Shown in pieces: positions 9,229 through 19,117 of a stretch of DNA of 64,000 bases. A program made the translations under genes and the position numbers. This DNA comes from an uncultured Eudoraea sp. (lineage in GTDB: Bacteria > Bacteroidota > Bacteroidia > Flavobacteriales > Flavobacteriaceae), in assembly GCF_947258525.1 (NCBI RefSeq), contig NZ_CAMYIP010000015.1, positions 4,179 through 68,178 on the forward strand, read 5' to 3'. Within the stretch, counting starts at the first letter, position 1. Each line of letters starts with the position of its first letter. The notes below the pieces were generated by a model, which saw only the letters and a program-made list of their open reading frames with translations, did not search any database and was not told the origin of the DNA.

Positions 9229-9924
9229 ATGATTCACTCACAAAATCTCACCAAAGTTTACGGAGATCAGACCGTATTAAATATTGAAAGCCTTGATATA
9301 CCCAAAGGCCAGAGCTTTGGTCTGGTTGGTAATAACGGTGCAGGGAAAACTACTTTTTTCAGTTTGCTGTTAGACCTGATTCAACCAACAACGGGTAAGG
9401 TAATCAATAATGATATACAGGTAAATATAAGTGAAGCATGGAAACCATTTACTTCCGCGTTTATAGATGAAACTTTTTTGATTGGATATCTTACGCCTGA
9501 AGAGTATTTCTATTTTATTGGCGAATTAAGAGGAAAATCTAAAACAGACGTCAATGAGCTTTTGGTCGGCTTTGAAGATTTTTTTCATGGGGAGATTTTA
9601 GGACAAAAGAAGTATTTACGAGATTTATCAAAAGGGAATCAAAAAAAAGTAGGGATAGTAGCATCATTTATAGGAGAACCACAGGTTATTATTCTTGACG
9701 AACCTTTTGCCAATTTAGATCCTACCACTCAAATAAGGCTCAAATCAATTATAAAAGAACTGGGAGAAGACAGGGAAGTAACTGTGCTAGTTTCAAGTCA
9801 TGATCTTATTCATGTAACGGAAGTATGCGAACGGATTGTGGTATTGAATAATGGTGAAATTGTAAAGGATATTCAGACTTCAACCGAAACCTTGAAAGAA
9901 CTTGAGTTATTTTTTAGCACCTGA
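9229..9924 (+). CDS. ABC transporter ATP-binding protein
   Basis: Walker A GNNGAGKTT, signature LSKGNQKKV, Walker B VIILDEP and H-loop SSHD. Confidence 0.9.
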   Translation: MIHSQNLTKVYGDQTVLNIESLDIPKGQSFGLVGNNGAGKTTFFSLLLDLIQPTTGKVINNDIQVNISEAWKPFTSAFIDETFLIGYLTPEEYFYFIGELRGKSKTDVNELLVGFEDFFHGEILGQKKYLRDLSKGNQKKVGIVASFIGEPQVIILDEPFANLDPTTQIRLKSIIKELGEDREVTVLVSSHDLIHVTEVCERIVVLNNGEIVKDIQTSTETLKELELFFST

Positions 9925-9973
9925 TATTATCCTAACATAATTCATTAATTTTTTCTTTTCTATCAGAGTTAAT

Positions 9974-10006
9974 TTTTGCACAAATATTAGTGTTGTGCAA
10001 AATTTT
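9974..10006 (+). terminator. candidate intrinsic terminator after the ABC ATPase gene
   Basis: TTTTGCACAA-N9-TTGTGCAAAA followed by TTTT. The stem is AU-rich, so confidence is moderate. Confidence 0.45.
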
Positions 10007-10100
10007 AGACCCGGATCTGCATTTATCCCCCATTTTCAAGTGCTATGAGATAATAATCTTAGTGTTTTGCAGTTAAGTTTACATAAGAATACCAACAATT

Positions 10101-12662
10101 TTGAAGCTACGTATAAAATTTATTCTGGCTGGTGTTCTTGGGGGCATACTTTTTAACGCTTGTTCTACCAAGAAAGACACTTTTGTAAATCGCAATTGGC
10201 ATGCGGTAAATACCAAGTACAATGTATTGTACAATGGTAATATTGCATTTGAGGAAGGGAGAGAGGCACTCAATATGTCATATCTGGATAATTATTGGGA
10301 AGTATTACCAGTTGAGAGGTTACAGGTTAAGGATGAAATAAAACTCGATTCTGAAAACAACAATCCAAATTTTGTTATCGCTGAGGAAAAAGCAACCAAG
10401 GCTATTCAAAAGCACAGTATGGACATAAAAGATGAAGAGCGCAATCCTCAGACAGATGAAGCCTTTATCCTTTTGGGCAAAGCGAGATACTTTGACCAGC
10501 GCTATATACCGGCTATTGAAGCATTTAATTATGTTTTAAGGAAATATACCCAAAGTGATAAGTTAAACGAAGCTACCATCTGGAGAGAAAAAACTAATAT
10601 TAGGTTGAATAACGAGGAGCTGGCACTAAAAAATTTAAAGCGCCTTTTGAAATACGAACAACTTAGTGATCAGGAGTACGCAGACACTCATGCAATGATG
10701 GCACAGGCATATATAAATCTTAAAGCGCCCGACACAGCTATTCAACAACTAAAGATAGCTTCGGCTTATACAAAAAAGTTTCCTGAGAAAGGCAGGTATT
10801 ATTTTATCATTGGCCAATTGTTTAATGAGTTGGGGTATAGAGATAGTGCAAATTATGCATTTGGAAAAATCATTGAGTTAAACAGAAAATCTCCAAGGGT
10901 GTACATGATAAATGCTCATTTACATCAAATTCAAAATACTGAAATAACGGAGGAAAATAAGGAAGAGATGCTGGAAGAACTGGTTGATCTCGAAGAGAAT
11001 AGAGAGAACAGGCCATTTTTGGATAAGATATACAATCAGAAGGCGGAATATTATATGGCTACAGGGTCAGACAGTCTGGGAATTGTATATTATAATTATT
11101 CTTTGAGAGCAACACAAAATTCACCCCAGTTGAATGCTGTCAACTATGAAAATCTGGCAGAATATAATTTTGATGAGAATGAATATAAAACAGCCGGGAG
11201 TTATTATGACAGCGTGTTAACAAACTTGCCAGAGAATACCAAGAAATTCAGAACTATTAAAAAGAAATTAGATAATCTGGAAGATGTTATTAAATACGAA
11301 AATGTTGTTCAATATGCAGATAGTGTAATAACGCTATTTAACCTTCCAAAAATTGAACAACTGGCATTTTTTGAAGATTATATTGCCCAATTGAAGTTAG
11401 CCGAGGAAGAAGAAGCACAAAAAAAGGAAAATCGCGCTAATGCCGGCTTTGCTGCTTTTGCAGAGACTAAGGGAGGAAAACAAAACAAAGGCAAATTTTA
11501 CTTTTACAATATCACAAGCCTTGGATATGGTAAAAACGACTTTAAAACCAGATGGGGAGAAAGGGTATTGGAGGATGACTGGCGTTGGAGTAATAAAAAC
11601 ACATCCAGGTTAGTAGAAGGTGCCGGAGCTGCTCTTATTGCTGATGGGGCTAATGGTTCAGAGGGAGAAATAACAGAAGAGCAGAAATATTCAGTAGAAT
11701 ATTATTTGGATCAGATACCAACAGATGTTTCAATTATTGACAGTCTTAAGACTGAAAGAAATTTTGCAAACTACCAGCTTGGACTAATTTATAAAGAGAA
11801 ATTTAATGAGAATCTTTTGGCTGCAGGAAAATTGGAGAAAGTATTGGAATCAGATCCGGAGGAACGCCTGATACTTCCATCAATGTATAATTTGTACAAA
11901 ATATACGAGGATTCCGGTAGTCCGCTCGCCGTTAATATGAAGCAAAATATTATCCAGAGCTATCCCGATTCAAGGTATGCCGAAATTTTGGTAAATCCAC
12001 AAGCAGTTTTAACAGGCTCAGCAGATAGCCCTGACGCCAAGTATGCTCAACTCTATAAACTATATGAAAATCAGGAATATTTAAAAGTTATAACCGGCGC
12101 CGAAGCCAATATAAATTTGTATACCGGCGACCCTATCGTACCAAAATTTGAGATGTTAAAGGCTAATGCAATAGGAAGGTTGCAGGGATATAATGACTTC
12201 AAGGAAGCACTCAATTACGTAGCCTTAAACTACCCCAATAACCCGGAAGGCAAAAAGGCCCAACAAATAATTGCCGAACAATTGCCCAAACTGGAACCTA
12301 AGGATTTCTCCATGGAAATTGATTCAAAGGGAACGGCCAACTGGAAGGTTATATTTCCATTTAAAAGACAGCATGATGATAAGGCATTGGAACTAAAAAC
12401 ATTGTTGGAGAAATCCATTACAGATTTAAAGTATAACAACCTGGTTTCAAAGGATATTTATAATCTGGAGACGGAATTTATTGTTGTTCATGGATTCAGA
12501 TCTAAGGACTATGCTTTGGGATATGTAGAACTACTAAATAAAAACAAGGATTACAGAATTGCTAAAGAGAATTTCGTAATTTTATCTTCCAACTATAAAA
12601 TCATTCAAGTACATAAAAACTTAAAAGAATATTTAAATCAAGTGTTAACCCCAAAACCATAA
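10101..12662 (+). CDS. sprE: TPR-repeat periplasmic lipoprotein, SprE/PorW-like (gliding motility / type IX secretion)
   Basis: 853 aa. It has a lipoprotein signal MKLRIKFILAGVLGGILFNAC, the N-terminal block NRNWHAVNTKYNVLYNGNIAF typical of SprE/PorW, and TPR-like helical repeats throughout. TTG at 10101 is the only possible start. Confidence 0.65.
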   Translation: MKLRIKFILAGVLGGILFNACSTKKDTFVNRNWHAVNTKYNVLYNGNIAFEEGREALNMSYLDNYWEVLPVERLQVKDEIKLDSENNNPNFVIAEEKATKAIQKHSMDIKDEERNPQTDEAFILLGKARYFDQRYIPAIEAFNYVLRKYTQSDKLNEATIWREKTNIRLNNEELALKNLKRLLKYEQLSDQEYADTHAMMAQAYINLKAPDTAIQQLKIASAYTKKFPEKGRYYFIIGQLFNELGYRDSANYAFGKIIELNRKSPRVYMINAHLHQIQNTEITEENKEEMLEELVDLEENRENRPFLDKIYNQKAEYYMATGSDSLGIVYYNYSLRATQNSPQLNAVNYENLAEYNFDENEYKTAGSYYDSVLTNLPENTKKFRTIKKKLDNLEDVIKYENVVQYADSVITLFNLPKIEQLAFFEDYIAQLKLAEEEEAQKKENRANAGFAAFAETKGGKQNKGKFYFYNITSLGYGKNDFKTRWGERVLEDDWRWSNKNTSRLVEGAGAALIADGANGSEGEITEEQKYSVEYYLDQIPTDVSIIDSLKTERNFANYQLGLIYKEKFNENLLAAGKLEKVLESDPEERLILPSMYNLYKIYEDSGSPLAVNMKQNIIQSYPDSRYAEILVNPQAVLTGSADSPDAKYAQLYKLYENQEYLKVITGAEANINLYTGDPIVPKFEMLKANAIGRLQGYNDFKEALNYVALNYPNNPEGKKAQQIIAEQLPKLEPKDFSMEIDSKGTANWKVIFPFKRQHDDKALELKTLLEKSITDLKYNNLVSKDIYNLETEFIVVHGFRSKDYALGYVELLNKNKDYRIAKENFVILSSNYKIIQVHKNLKEYLNQVLTPKP

Positions 12663-12667
12663 ACAAA

Positions 12668-13159
12668 ATGTTTTCTGATAACAAAAAACCTAGAACTATG
12701 AACGAAATAGGCGGACAACCCAACAGAATTGAAAAGAACACCAAAATTAAAGGCGATATAATATCCGAAGCTGATTTTAGGATAGACGGTAAACTGGATG
12801 GAAATGTAAAAACTTCCGGAAAGGTAGTAATTGGCAAAGATGGCTATATTCATGGCAAAGTAGAATGTGTTAATGCCGATATTGAAGGAAGTTTTAACGG
12901 AGAGCTTCAAGTATCAAATTTATTAGCGTTAAAAGCATCTGCCGTTATCGAAGGTACTGTAACGGTTGCTAAACTGGCTGTTGAACCTGGTGCAACATTT
13001 AATGCGTCATGTACAATGAAAGGTAAAGCGGGGATAAGCTCAAATCAACCAATTAAGACGTCAACAGAAACTAGCTCCACGAATACTGGTTCAGGTAGTT
13101 ATAAGTCTGGGGTTGCCAGTGGGTCTGGAAGTAAAAGTGAACCGGCTAAAGTTTCCTGA
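12668..13159 (+). CDS. bactofilin family (polymer-forming cytoskeletal) protein
   Basis: 163 aa with a beta-helical repeat core (IKGDIISEADFRIDGKLDGNVKTSGKVVIGKDGYIHGKVECVNADIEG...GTVTVAKLAVEPGATF) and an S/T/G-rich tail. It starts 5 nt after the sprE stop. Confidence 0.75.
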   Translation: MFSDNKKPRTMNEIGGQPNRIEKNTKIKGDIISEADFRIDGKLDGNVKTSGKVVIGKDGYIHGKVECVNADIEGSFNGELQVSNLLALKASAVIEGTVTVAKLAVEPGATFNASCTMKGKAGISSNQPIKTSTETSSTNTGSGSYKSGVASGSGSKSEPAKVS

Positions 13160-13328
13160 TCGCATCGTTATTTAATTATCTGAATTAGTTCCAGCCTGAA
13201 TGTATTGGGTTTAAACAGAACCCATTCTAACTTTTGGAATTCAGTAATTGCCCATAATCGTAAGAACCTAATAATTAGGTCAATTCCAATTTTGGTATTT
13301 TTATATTAGCGCAGAAATCTCAATAAAA

Positions 13329-13544
13329 ATGTCCAAAGGGAAAAAACAAGCTAAATACTGGCTAAGTCTTACCGGAATAGCTGTTCAAATGGGGGTGATT
13401 ATATACTTAGGAGCCAGATTAGGTCAATGGCTCGATATGAAATATCTGAACGATAAGAACACCTATACCATAATTCTTACTTTATTTGCTGTAGCCATTT
13501 CCATGTATTTGGTAATACAGCAAACCAAAAAATTAAACTCCTGA
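13329..13544 (+). CDS. AtpZ/AtpI-like small membrane protein
   Basis: 71 aa with two TM helices, at the head of the F-ATPase operon. Confidence 0.5.
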   Translation: MSKGKKQAKYWLSLTGIAVQMGVIIYLGARLGQWLDMKYLNDKNTYTIILTLFAVAISMYLVIQQTKKLNS

Positions 13545-13545
13545 T

Positions 13546-13932
13546 TTGAATAAAAAAATTATCATCTTCACGAGCCAATTGCTTGGTGCAATTTTGATTA
13601 TTGGCCTGCTTCACACTGGGTTTTTATTCGCTCGCAACCTGGATTTCGATTTTACATTAGTACTCCTTGGTTATGTTATAAACTTGGCAATGGCTTTAGG
13701 AATATACTCCGTTCTACTCTATTTTTCGGAAAAGAAAAACAAGAATCTTGGGTTTTTATTTATGTTCGGAAGTACTTTAAAATTCGTAATCTACTTCCTG
13801 ATTTTTGATCCAATTTTTATGTTGGATGGCAAACTCACCAAAGTCGAATTTTTTATATTTTTTGTACCGTATTTTACCTGTCTGCTCGTAGAGACCTTCG
13901 CACTAATAAAACTATTGCGGGAAATGGATTAG
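13546..13932 (+). CDS. small four-TM membrane protein of the ATP synthase operon (function unknown)
   Basis: 128 aa and hydrophobic. The TTG start lies 1 nt after the preceding stop, so the exact start is uncertain. Confidence 0.45.
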   Translation: MNKKIIIFTSQLLGAILIIGLLHTGFLFARNLDFDFTLVLLGYVINLAMALGIYSVLLYFSEKKNKNLGFLFMFGSTLKFVIYFLIFDPIFMLDGKLTKVEFFIFFVPYFTCLLVETFALIKLLREMD

Positions 13933-14006
13933 CAATAGAATCGGCATCACTGATTTTCAGGGGAAAATAAAACTCTAAATGCTTTTTTCTTTTTAAGAGA
14001 ATAGCT

Positions 14007-14014
14007 TACATTTG
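14007..14014 (+). promoter_or_regulatory. -7 promoter box TAnnTTTG upstream of atpB
   Basis: TACATTTG lies 34 nt upstream of the ATG at 14049. Confidence 0.4.
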
Positions 14015-14048
14015 CACGGATTTTTAGAGACCCATTTTTATAAGTGAT

Positions 14049-15161
14049 ATGCGAAATCCTCTTTTGGTAAATTTCTTACTGGTTTTCACAATTTTCTTCA
14101 GTGTAACAATTTTCGCGAATGAGTCGGAGATGAACAGCGATGAAACCAAAACCGACCTAAAAACAGAAATAGACGAATACATCCAACACCACTTAAAGGA
14201 TTCTCATGACTTTTCACTGTTTTCTTATACAGACGATGATGAGGTTACGCATCATGTAGGATTTCCATTACCTGTTATTCTTTGGGATAATGGTTTAGTG
14301 GTTTTTTCCTCTTCCAAATTTCATCACGGTGAAGAGGTGGTTGCCTCAGGCAATAATCATTACAAATTATACCACGGTAAAATCTATAAAACCGATGCGT
14401 CCGGAACCATTAATTATGATCCTGACCACCATGCAACCAATATAAAACCTTTGGATTTTTCCATTACCAAAAGTGTAATGATGATACTAATCACGGGGTT
14501 TTTAATGTTCCTCTTATTCAGAGGCTTAGCAAAATCCTATTCTAGGAATGGAGGAATTGCAAAAGGAGTTGGACGATTTTTTGAACCGATAATAATATAC
14601 ATAAGAGACGATATTGCAATCGCTACAATAGGAGAAAAAAAGCATCAGAAATATATGCCTTTTCTGCTTACCATTTTCTTTTTTATATGGTTTCTGAATA
14701 TGTTTGGATTAACACCACTAGGGGTCAATGTAACAGGTAATATTGCAATAACAACAGCACTGGCAATTCTGACTTTTTTGATTACCAACTTTACCGGAAC
14801 CAAAACCTATTGGAAGCATTTATTTGATCCATTAGGGAGCTCAATGCCATGGTATGCAAAAATTCCCCTTTATGTAATTTTAATTCCTATTGAAGTATTA
14901 GGAATATTTATAAAACCATTTTCATTGTTGATCCGTCTGTATGCCAATATGCAGGCAGGACATATTGTGATTATGAGTTTAATTGGACTAATGTTCTTAT
15001 TTAAAAATTGGATTGGAAGTTCTTTATCATTTGGACTTGCATTTGCCATTTCTTTAATAGAAATATTGGTAGCCGTATTACAGGCTTATATTTTTACAAT
15101 GCTGTCCGCATTGTATTTTGGTTTTGCTTCTGAGGAGCACGAGCATGCAGAAGCACATTAA
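14049..15161 (+). CDS. atpB: F0F1 ATP synthase subunit a
   Basis: 370 aa. It has the conserved Arg motif LIRLYANMQAGH and a Bacteroidota-type His-rich N-terminal extension of about 130 aa behind a signal-like helix. Confidence 0.9.
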   Translation: MRNPLLVNFLLVFTIFFSVTIFANESEMNSDETKTDLKTEIDEYIQHHLKDSHDFSLFSYTDDDEVTHHVGFPLPVILWDNGLVVFSSSKFHHGEEVVASGNNHYKLYHGKIYKTDASGTINYDPDHHATNIKPLDFSITKSVMMILITGFLMFLLFRGLAKSYSRNGGIAKGVGRFFEPIIIYIRDDIAIATIGEKKHQKYMPFLLTIFFFIWFLNMFGLTPLGVNVTGNIAITTALAILTFLITNFTGTKTYWKHLFDPLGSSMPWYAKIPLYVILIPIEVLGIFIKPFSLLIRLYANMQAGHIVIMSLIGLMFLFKNWIGSSLSFGLAFAISLIEILVAVLQAYIFTMLSALYFGFASEEHEHAEAH

Positions 15162-15192
15162 TTTGAATGTTTAATTTTTAATTATATATACT

Positions 15193-15393
15193 ATGACAAT
15201 TCCAAGAATTGTAGGAGCAGGATTAATTGTAATCGGTGTAGGAGTGGGTATCGGTAGAATCGGTGGCCAGGCTATGGAAGCGATTGCACGTCAACCTGAA
15301 GCTTACGGAAAAATTCAAACAGCGATGCTTATTGTAGCGGCGCTTATTGAAGGTATTGGTTTTGCTGCACTTTTTGCAACTGCAGAAAACTAG
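15193..15393 (+). CDS. atpE: F0F1 ATP synthase subunit c
   Basis: 66-aa hairpin with a GxGxGxG-type helix 1 (GVGVGIGRIGG), loop RQPE, and a carboxylate in helix 2 (ALIEGIGF). Confidence 0.9.
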   Translation: MTIPRIVGAGLIVIGVGVGIGRIGGQAMEAIARQPEAYGKIQTAMLIVAALIEGIGFAALFATAEN

Positions 15394-15404
15394 AAAAATA
15401 ACCA

Positions 15405-15905
15405 ATGGTAGTAACGGTTGGTTACTACCATTGGTTTATATTCTTTTGGCAAACCTTATTGTTTTTGGCATTGGTTTTTTTATTGTGGAAATATGCATGG
15501 AAGCCTATCCTGAATGCAATAAATGACCGTGAAGAAGGAATTAAAGATGCATTGGCTGCTGCTGAAGAAGCCAAAAAGGAAATGCAGAATGTAACTGCAG
15601 ATAATGAGAAATTATTAAAGGAAGCCCGGGCAGAACGCGAAAGTCTTTTAAAAGAAGCAAGGGAAATAAAGGAGAAAATTGTCACGGATGCTAAGGAGCT
15701 AGCTCAGGCTGAAGGCGATAAATTAATAAAGCAAGCGAAAGCCACTATTGAAAGTGAGAAAAAGGCAGCCGTAGCAGACATAAAGAATCAGGTAGCTGAA
15801 CTCTCTGTTGAGATTGCTGAAAAAGTAATCAAAGAGCAGCTGTCCAATAAAGAAAAGCAGTTGAAATTGGTAGATGACATGCTGGGTGATATTAAACTGA
15901 ATTAG
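15405..15905 (+). CDS. atpF: F0F1 ATP synthase subunit b
   Basis: 166 aa with a single N-terminal TM helix followed by a long charged helix, in operon position. Confidence 0.85.
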   Translation: MVVTVGYYHWFIFFWQTLLFLALVFLLWKYAWKPILNAINDREEGIKDALAAAEEAKKEMQNVTADNEKLLKEARAERESLLKEAREIKEKIVTDAKELAQAEGDKLIKQAKATIESEKKAAVADIKNQVAELSVEIAEKVIKEQLSNKEKQLKLVDDMLGDIKLN

Positions 15906-15909
15906 ATAA

Positions 15910-16449
15910 ATGAACGAATCAAGAGCAGCCTTACGTTACGCTAAAGCGACTTTAAATCTTGCAATAGAGCAAAAAGCTACTGATGCTATTGAAAGTGATA
16001 TGCGGTCAATTGTTCAAACTATTTCTGATAGCGATGAATTAAAGGAAATGATTGTAAGCCCTATTCTTGAAGGTTCATCAAAGAAGCAGGTCTTGCTAGC
16101 AGTTTTTAAGAATTTCAACAAGATCACCAAGGAACTCTTTGCATTACTTGTCTCTAAAAAAAGGATCGACCTGTTAACTGATGTGGCTGCGAAATATATA
16201 GCACTCAATGAGGATTTAAAAGGAGAAAAGCTGGCCATGGTTACTACAGCAGTTCCTTTAACCCCAGCTTTGGAGAAGAAGATACTTTCTCAAATTGAGA
16301 AAATAACTACGAATAAAGTCACTTTGGAAAATCAAATTGATGAAAGCATAATAGGTGGTTTTATATTAAGAATTGGGGATTTGCAATACAATGCCAGTAT
16401 TTCCAATAAATTGAATAGTATAAAAAGAGAATTTACAAATAGTATTTAA
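15910..16449 (+). CDS. atpH: F0F1 ATP synthase subunit delta
   Basis: 179 aa, OSCP-like ([10 protein letters not shown]..., C-terminal [11 protein letters not shown]), in operon position. Confidence 0.85.
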   Translation: MNESRAALRYAKATLNLAIEQKATDAIESDMRSIVQTISDSDELKEMIVSPILEGSSKKQVLLAVFKNFNKITKELFALLVSKKRIDLLTDVAAKYIALNEDLKGEKLAMVTTAVPLTPALEKKILSQIEKITTNKVTLENQIDESIIGGFILRIGDLQYNASISNKLNSIKREFTNSI

Positions 16450-16508
16450 ATAGAAATTACGAATGTAAAAGGAGTGATTTCCTTTTAATCATCTTAGATC
16501 TGAAAAAA

Positions 16509-18089
16509 ATGGCAGGAGTAAAAGCCGCAGAAGTATCTGCAATCTTAAAAAAACAATTATCTGGATTTGAAGCTAAAGCTTCATTAGATGAGATAGGAAC
16601 CGTATTACAAGTAGGTGATGGGATAGCCAGGGTTTATGGCCTTTCTAATGCTGAATATGGTGAACTAGTTGAATTTGAAGGTGGTTTGGAAGGTATTGTT
16701 CTGAATCTTGAAGAAGATAATGTTGGAGTTGTATTGCTTGCACCATCAAGGGAAATTAAAGAAGGTGCTACTGTAAAACGCACGCAACGTATTGCTTCAA
16801 TTATGGTAGGTGAAGGAATTATGGGACGGGTTGTAGACACACTTGGTAATCCAATAGATGGAAAGGGAGCCATTTCCGGAGACCTGTATGAAATGCCCTT
16901 AGAGCGTAAGGCTCCTGGAGTAATTTTCCGTCAACCGGTATATGAACCATTGCAGACTGGTGTTAAAGCTGTAGACGCTATGATACCTGTAGGAAGAGGT
17001 CAGCGCGAATTGGTTATTGGTGACCGTCAGACAGGTAAAACAACAGTTTGTATAGATACTATTATAAACCAGAAAGAGTTTTATGATGCAGGAGAACCTG
17101 TCTATTGCATATATGTAGCCATTGGGCAAAAAGCCTCTACGGTTGCTGCAATTGCAAAAACATTGGAAGATAAGGGCGCGTTAGCTTATACAACAATTGT
17201 TGCAGCAAATGCTTCTGAACCTGCACCAATGCAGGTTTATGCACCTTTTGCAGGTGCAGCTATCGGCGAATATTTTAGAGATACAGGTCGTCCGGCATTA
17301 ATTATTTATGATGATCTTTCTAAACAGGCGGTGGCATATCGTGAAGTATCACTTTTATTAAGAAGACCTCCTGGACGTGAAGCTTATCCGGGGGATGTTT
17401 TCTATTTGCATTCAAGGTTATTGGAGCGCGCAGCCAAAGTCATAGATGATGATTCTATTGCACAGAACATGAATGATTTACCAGACGTTTTAAAACCTAT
17501 GGTTAAGGGTGGCGGATCATTAACTGCCTTACCAATTATTGAAACCCAGGCAGGTGATGTATCTGCTTATATCCCTACCAACGTTATTTCCATTACGGAC
17601 GGGCAAATATTTCTTGAACAGGATTTATTTAATCAGGGTGTACGCCCGGCGATTAATGTGGGGATATCAGTGTCTCGTGTTGGAGGTAATGCTCAGATTA
17701 AGTCAATGAAGAAAGTAGCGGGAACGTTAAAACTAGATCAGGCGCAATTCCGGGAATTAGAGGCATTTTCTAAATTTGGATCTGACCTGGATGCTGCTAC
17801 TTTGAATGTAATTGAAAAGGGTAGGCGCAATGTGGAAATTTTAAAGCAGGCGCAGGCAGACCCATTTACAGTTGAAGATCAGATAGCTATTATTTATGCA
17901 GGATCTAAAAATTTATTAAGAGATGTCCCGGTAGATAAGGTAAAGGAATTTGAAAAGGACTTTTTGGAATTTTTAAATGCTAAGCACAGAGACGTACTAG
18001 ACACCTTGAAAGCAGGGAAATTAACGGAAGAGGTCATGGATACCTTAACTTCTGTATGTCAAGATCTTGCTGGGAAATATCAAGGCTAA
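16509..18089 (+). CDS. atpA: F0F1 ATP synthase subunit alpha
   Basis: 526 aa with Walker A GDRQTGKT and highly conserved alpha blocks ([19 protein letters not shown]). Confidence 0.97.
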   Translation: MAGVKAAEVSAILKKQLSGFEAKASLDEIGTVLQVGDGIARVYGLSNAEYGELVEFEGGLEGIVLNLEEDNVGVVLLAPSREIKEGATVKRTQRIASIMVGEGIMGRVVDTLGNPIDGKGAISGDLYEMPLERKAPGVIFRQPVYEPLQTGVKAVDAMIPVGRGQRELVIGDRQTGKTTVCIDTIINQKEFYDAGEPVYCIYVAIGQKASTVAAIAKTLEDKGALAYTTIVAANASEPAPMQVYAPFAGAAIGEYFRDTGRPALIIYDDLSKQAVAYREVSLLLRRPPGREAYPGDVFYLHSRLLERAAKVIDDDSIAQNMNDLPDVLKPMVKGGGSLTALPIIETQAGDVSAYIPTNVISITDGQIFLEQDLFNQGVRPAINVGISVSRVGGNAQIKSMKKVAGTLKLDQAQFRELEAFSKFGSDLDAATLNVIEKGRRNVEILKQAQADPFTVEDQIAIIYAGSKNLLRDVPVDKVKEFEKDFLEFLNAKHRDVLDTLKAGKLTEEVMDTLTSVCQDLAGKYQG

Positions 18090-18112
18090 TCCCTGAATTC
18101 ACAATTTAAAAA

Positions 18113-18973
18113 ATGGCAAATTTAAAGGAAATACGAAATAGAATAGTATCGGTATCCTCTACCATGCAGATTACAAGTGCCATGAAAATGGTATCTGCTG
18201 CCAAGCTAAAAAAAGCCCAGGATGCTATTACTGCAATGCGTCCTTATGCCAATAAACTTTCAGAATTGTTGCAAAATTTCAGTGGAAGTATAGATGGTGA
18301 AACAGGGAGTAAATATACAGACAACCGGGAAGTCAAAAACGTCCTGATTGTAGCCATTACTTCTAATAGGGGACTATGCGGGGCATTTAATTCCAATATA
18401 ATTAAGCACTGCCTTTCAATGCAGAAAGACCATTACGATGGAAAGCAAGTAGATTTTATATCAATAGGAAAGAAAGCACAGGACCTTATTGGGAAAAAAC
18501 ATAATGTTATTTCTGACCACAGCCAAATCTATGATGCACTGAGTTTTAATAATGCAGCAGATATAGCGGAAGAATTAATGCAATTATATACTGATGGTTC
18601 CTATGACAAAATTGAATTGGTATATAATAAATTCAAAAATGCAGCTACGCAAATAGTAACTACAGAACAATTTCTGCCAATTGTGCCTATGGAGCAGAGT
18701 TCAAATACAACTGCCGACTATATATTTGAACCCGAAAAAGCAGCAATTGTTGAACAACTTATTCCTAAGTCGTTAAAAACGCAATTATTTAAGGCAATAA
18801 GGGACTCATTTGCAAGTGAGCATGGTGCCAGGATGACTGCTATGCATAAGGCTACTGATAATGCCACTGAATTGAGAGATCAGCTAAAACTAACATATAA
18901 TCAGGCTCGCCAGGCAGCGATTACCAATGAAATTCTTGAAATAGTTGGTGGAGCTGAGGCTTTAAATAATTAA
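18113..18973 (+). CDS. atpG: F0F1 ATP synthase subunit gamma
   Basis: 286 aa with N-terminal MANLKEIRNRI.SV..T.QIT.AMKMVSAAKL and C-terminal ITNEILEIVGGAEAL. Confidence 0.95.
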   Translation: MANLKEIRNRIVSVSSTMQITSAMKMVSAAKLKKAQDAITAMRPYANKLSELLQNFSGSIDGETGSKYTDNREVKNVLIVAITSNRGLCGAFNSNIIKHCLSMQKDHYDGKQVDFISIGKKAQDLIGKKHNVISDHSQIYDALSFNNAADIAEELMQLYTDGSYDKIELVYNKFKNAATQIVTTEQFLPIVPMEQSSNTTADYIFEPEKAAIVEQLIPKSLKTQLFKAIRDSFASEHGARMTAMHKATDNATELRDQLKLTYNQARQAAITNEILEIVGGAEALNN

Positions 18974-19004
18974 ATTATACCAGAAGACAGGTATTGCAAC
19001 AAAG

Positions 19005-19032
19005 TCCCGCTTTAGGCGGGATTTTTTATTTT
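19005..19032 (+). terminator. rho-independent terminator of the atp operon
   Basis: TCCCGC-tttag-GCGGGA followed by TTTTTTATTTT, 32 nt after the atpG stop. Confidence 0.8.
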
Positions 19033-19117
19033 GTAAAAATTTCATTTTGGCGTAGCTGACTTGTTTGGCACCGAATTTGGTTTTATATCTTTACGAAAGC
19101 ATAAATAGAAGAGAATT

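Noticed and set aside
13206-13235. Hairpin TGGGTT-taaacag-AACCCA after the bactofilin gene as a terminator.
   Set aside because: The stem is only 6 bp and the downstream tract (ttctaactttt) is a poor U-run. It is too weak to call.
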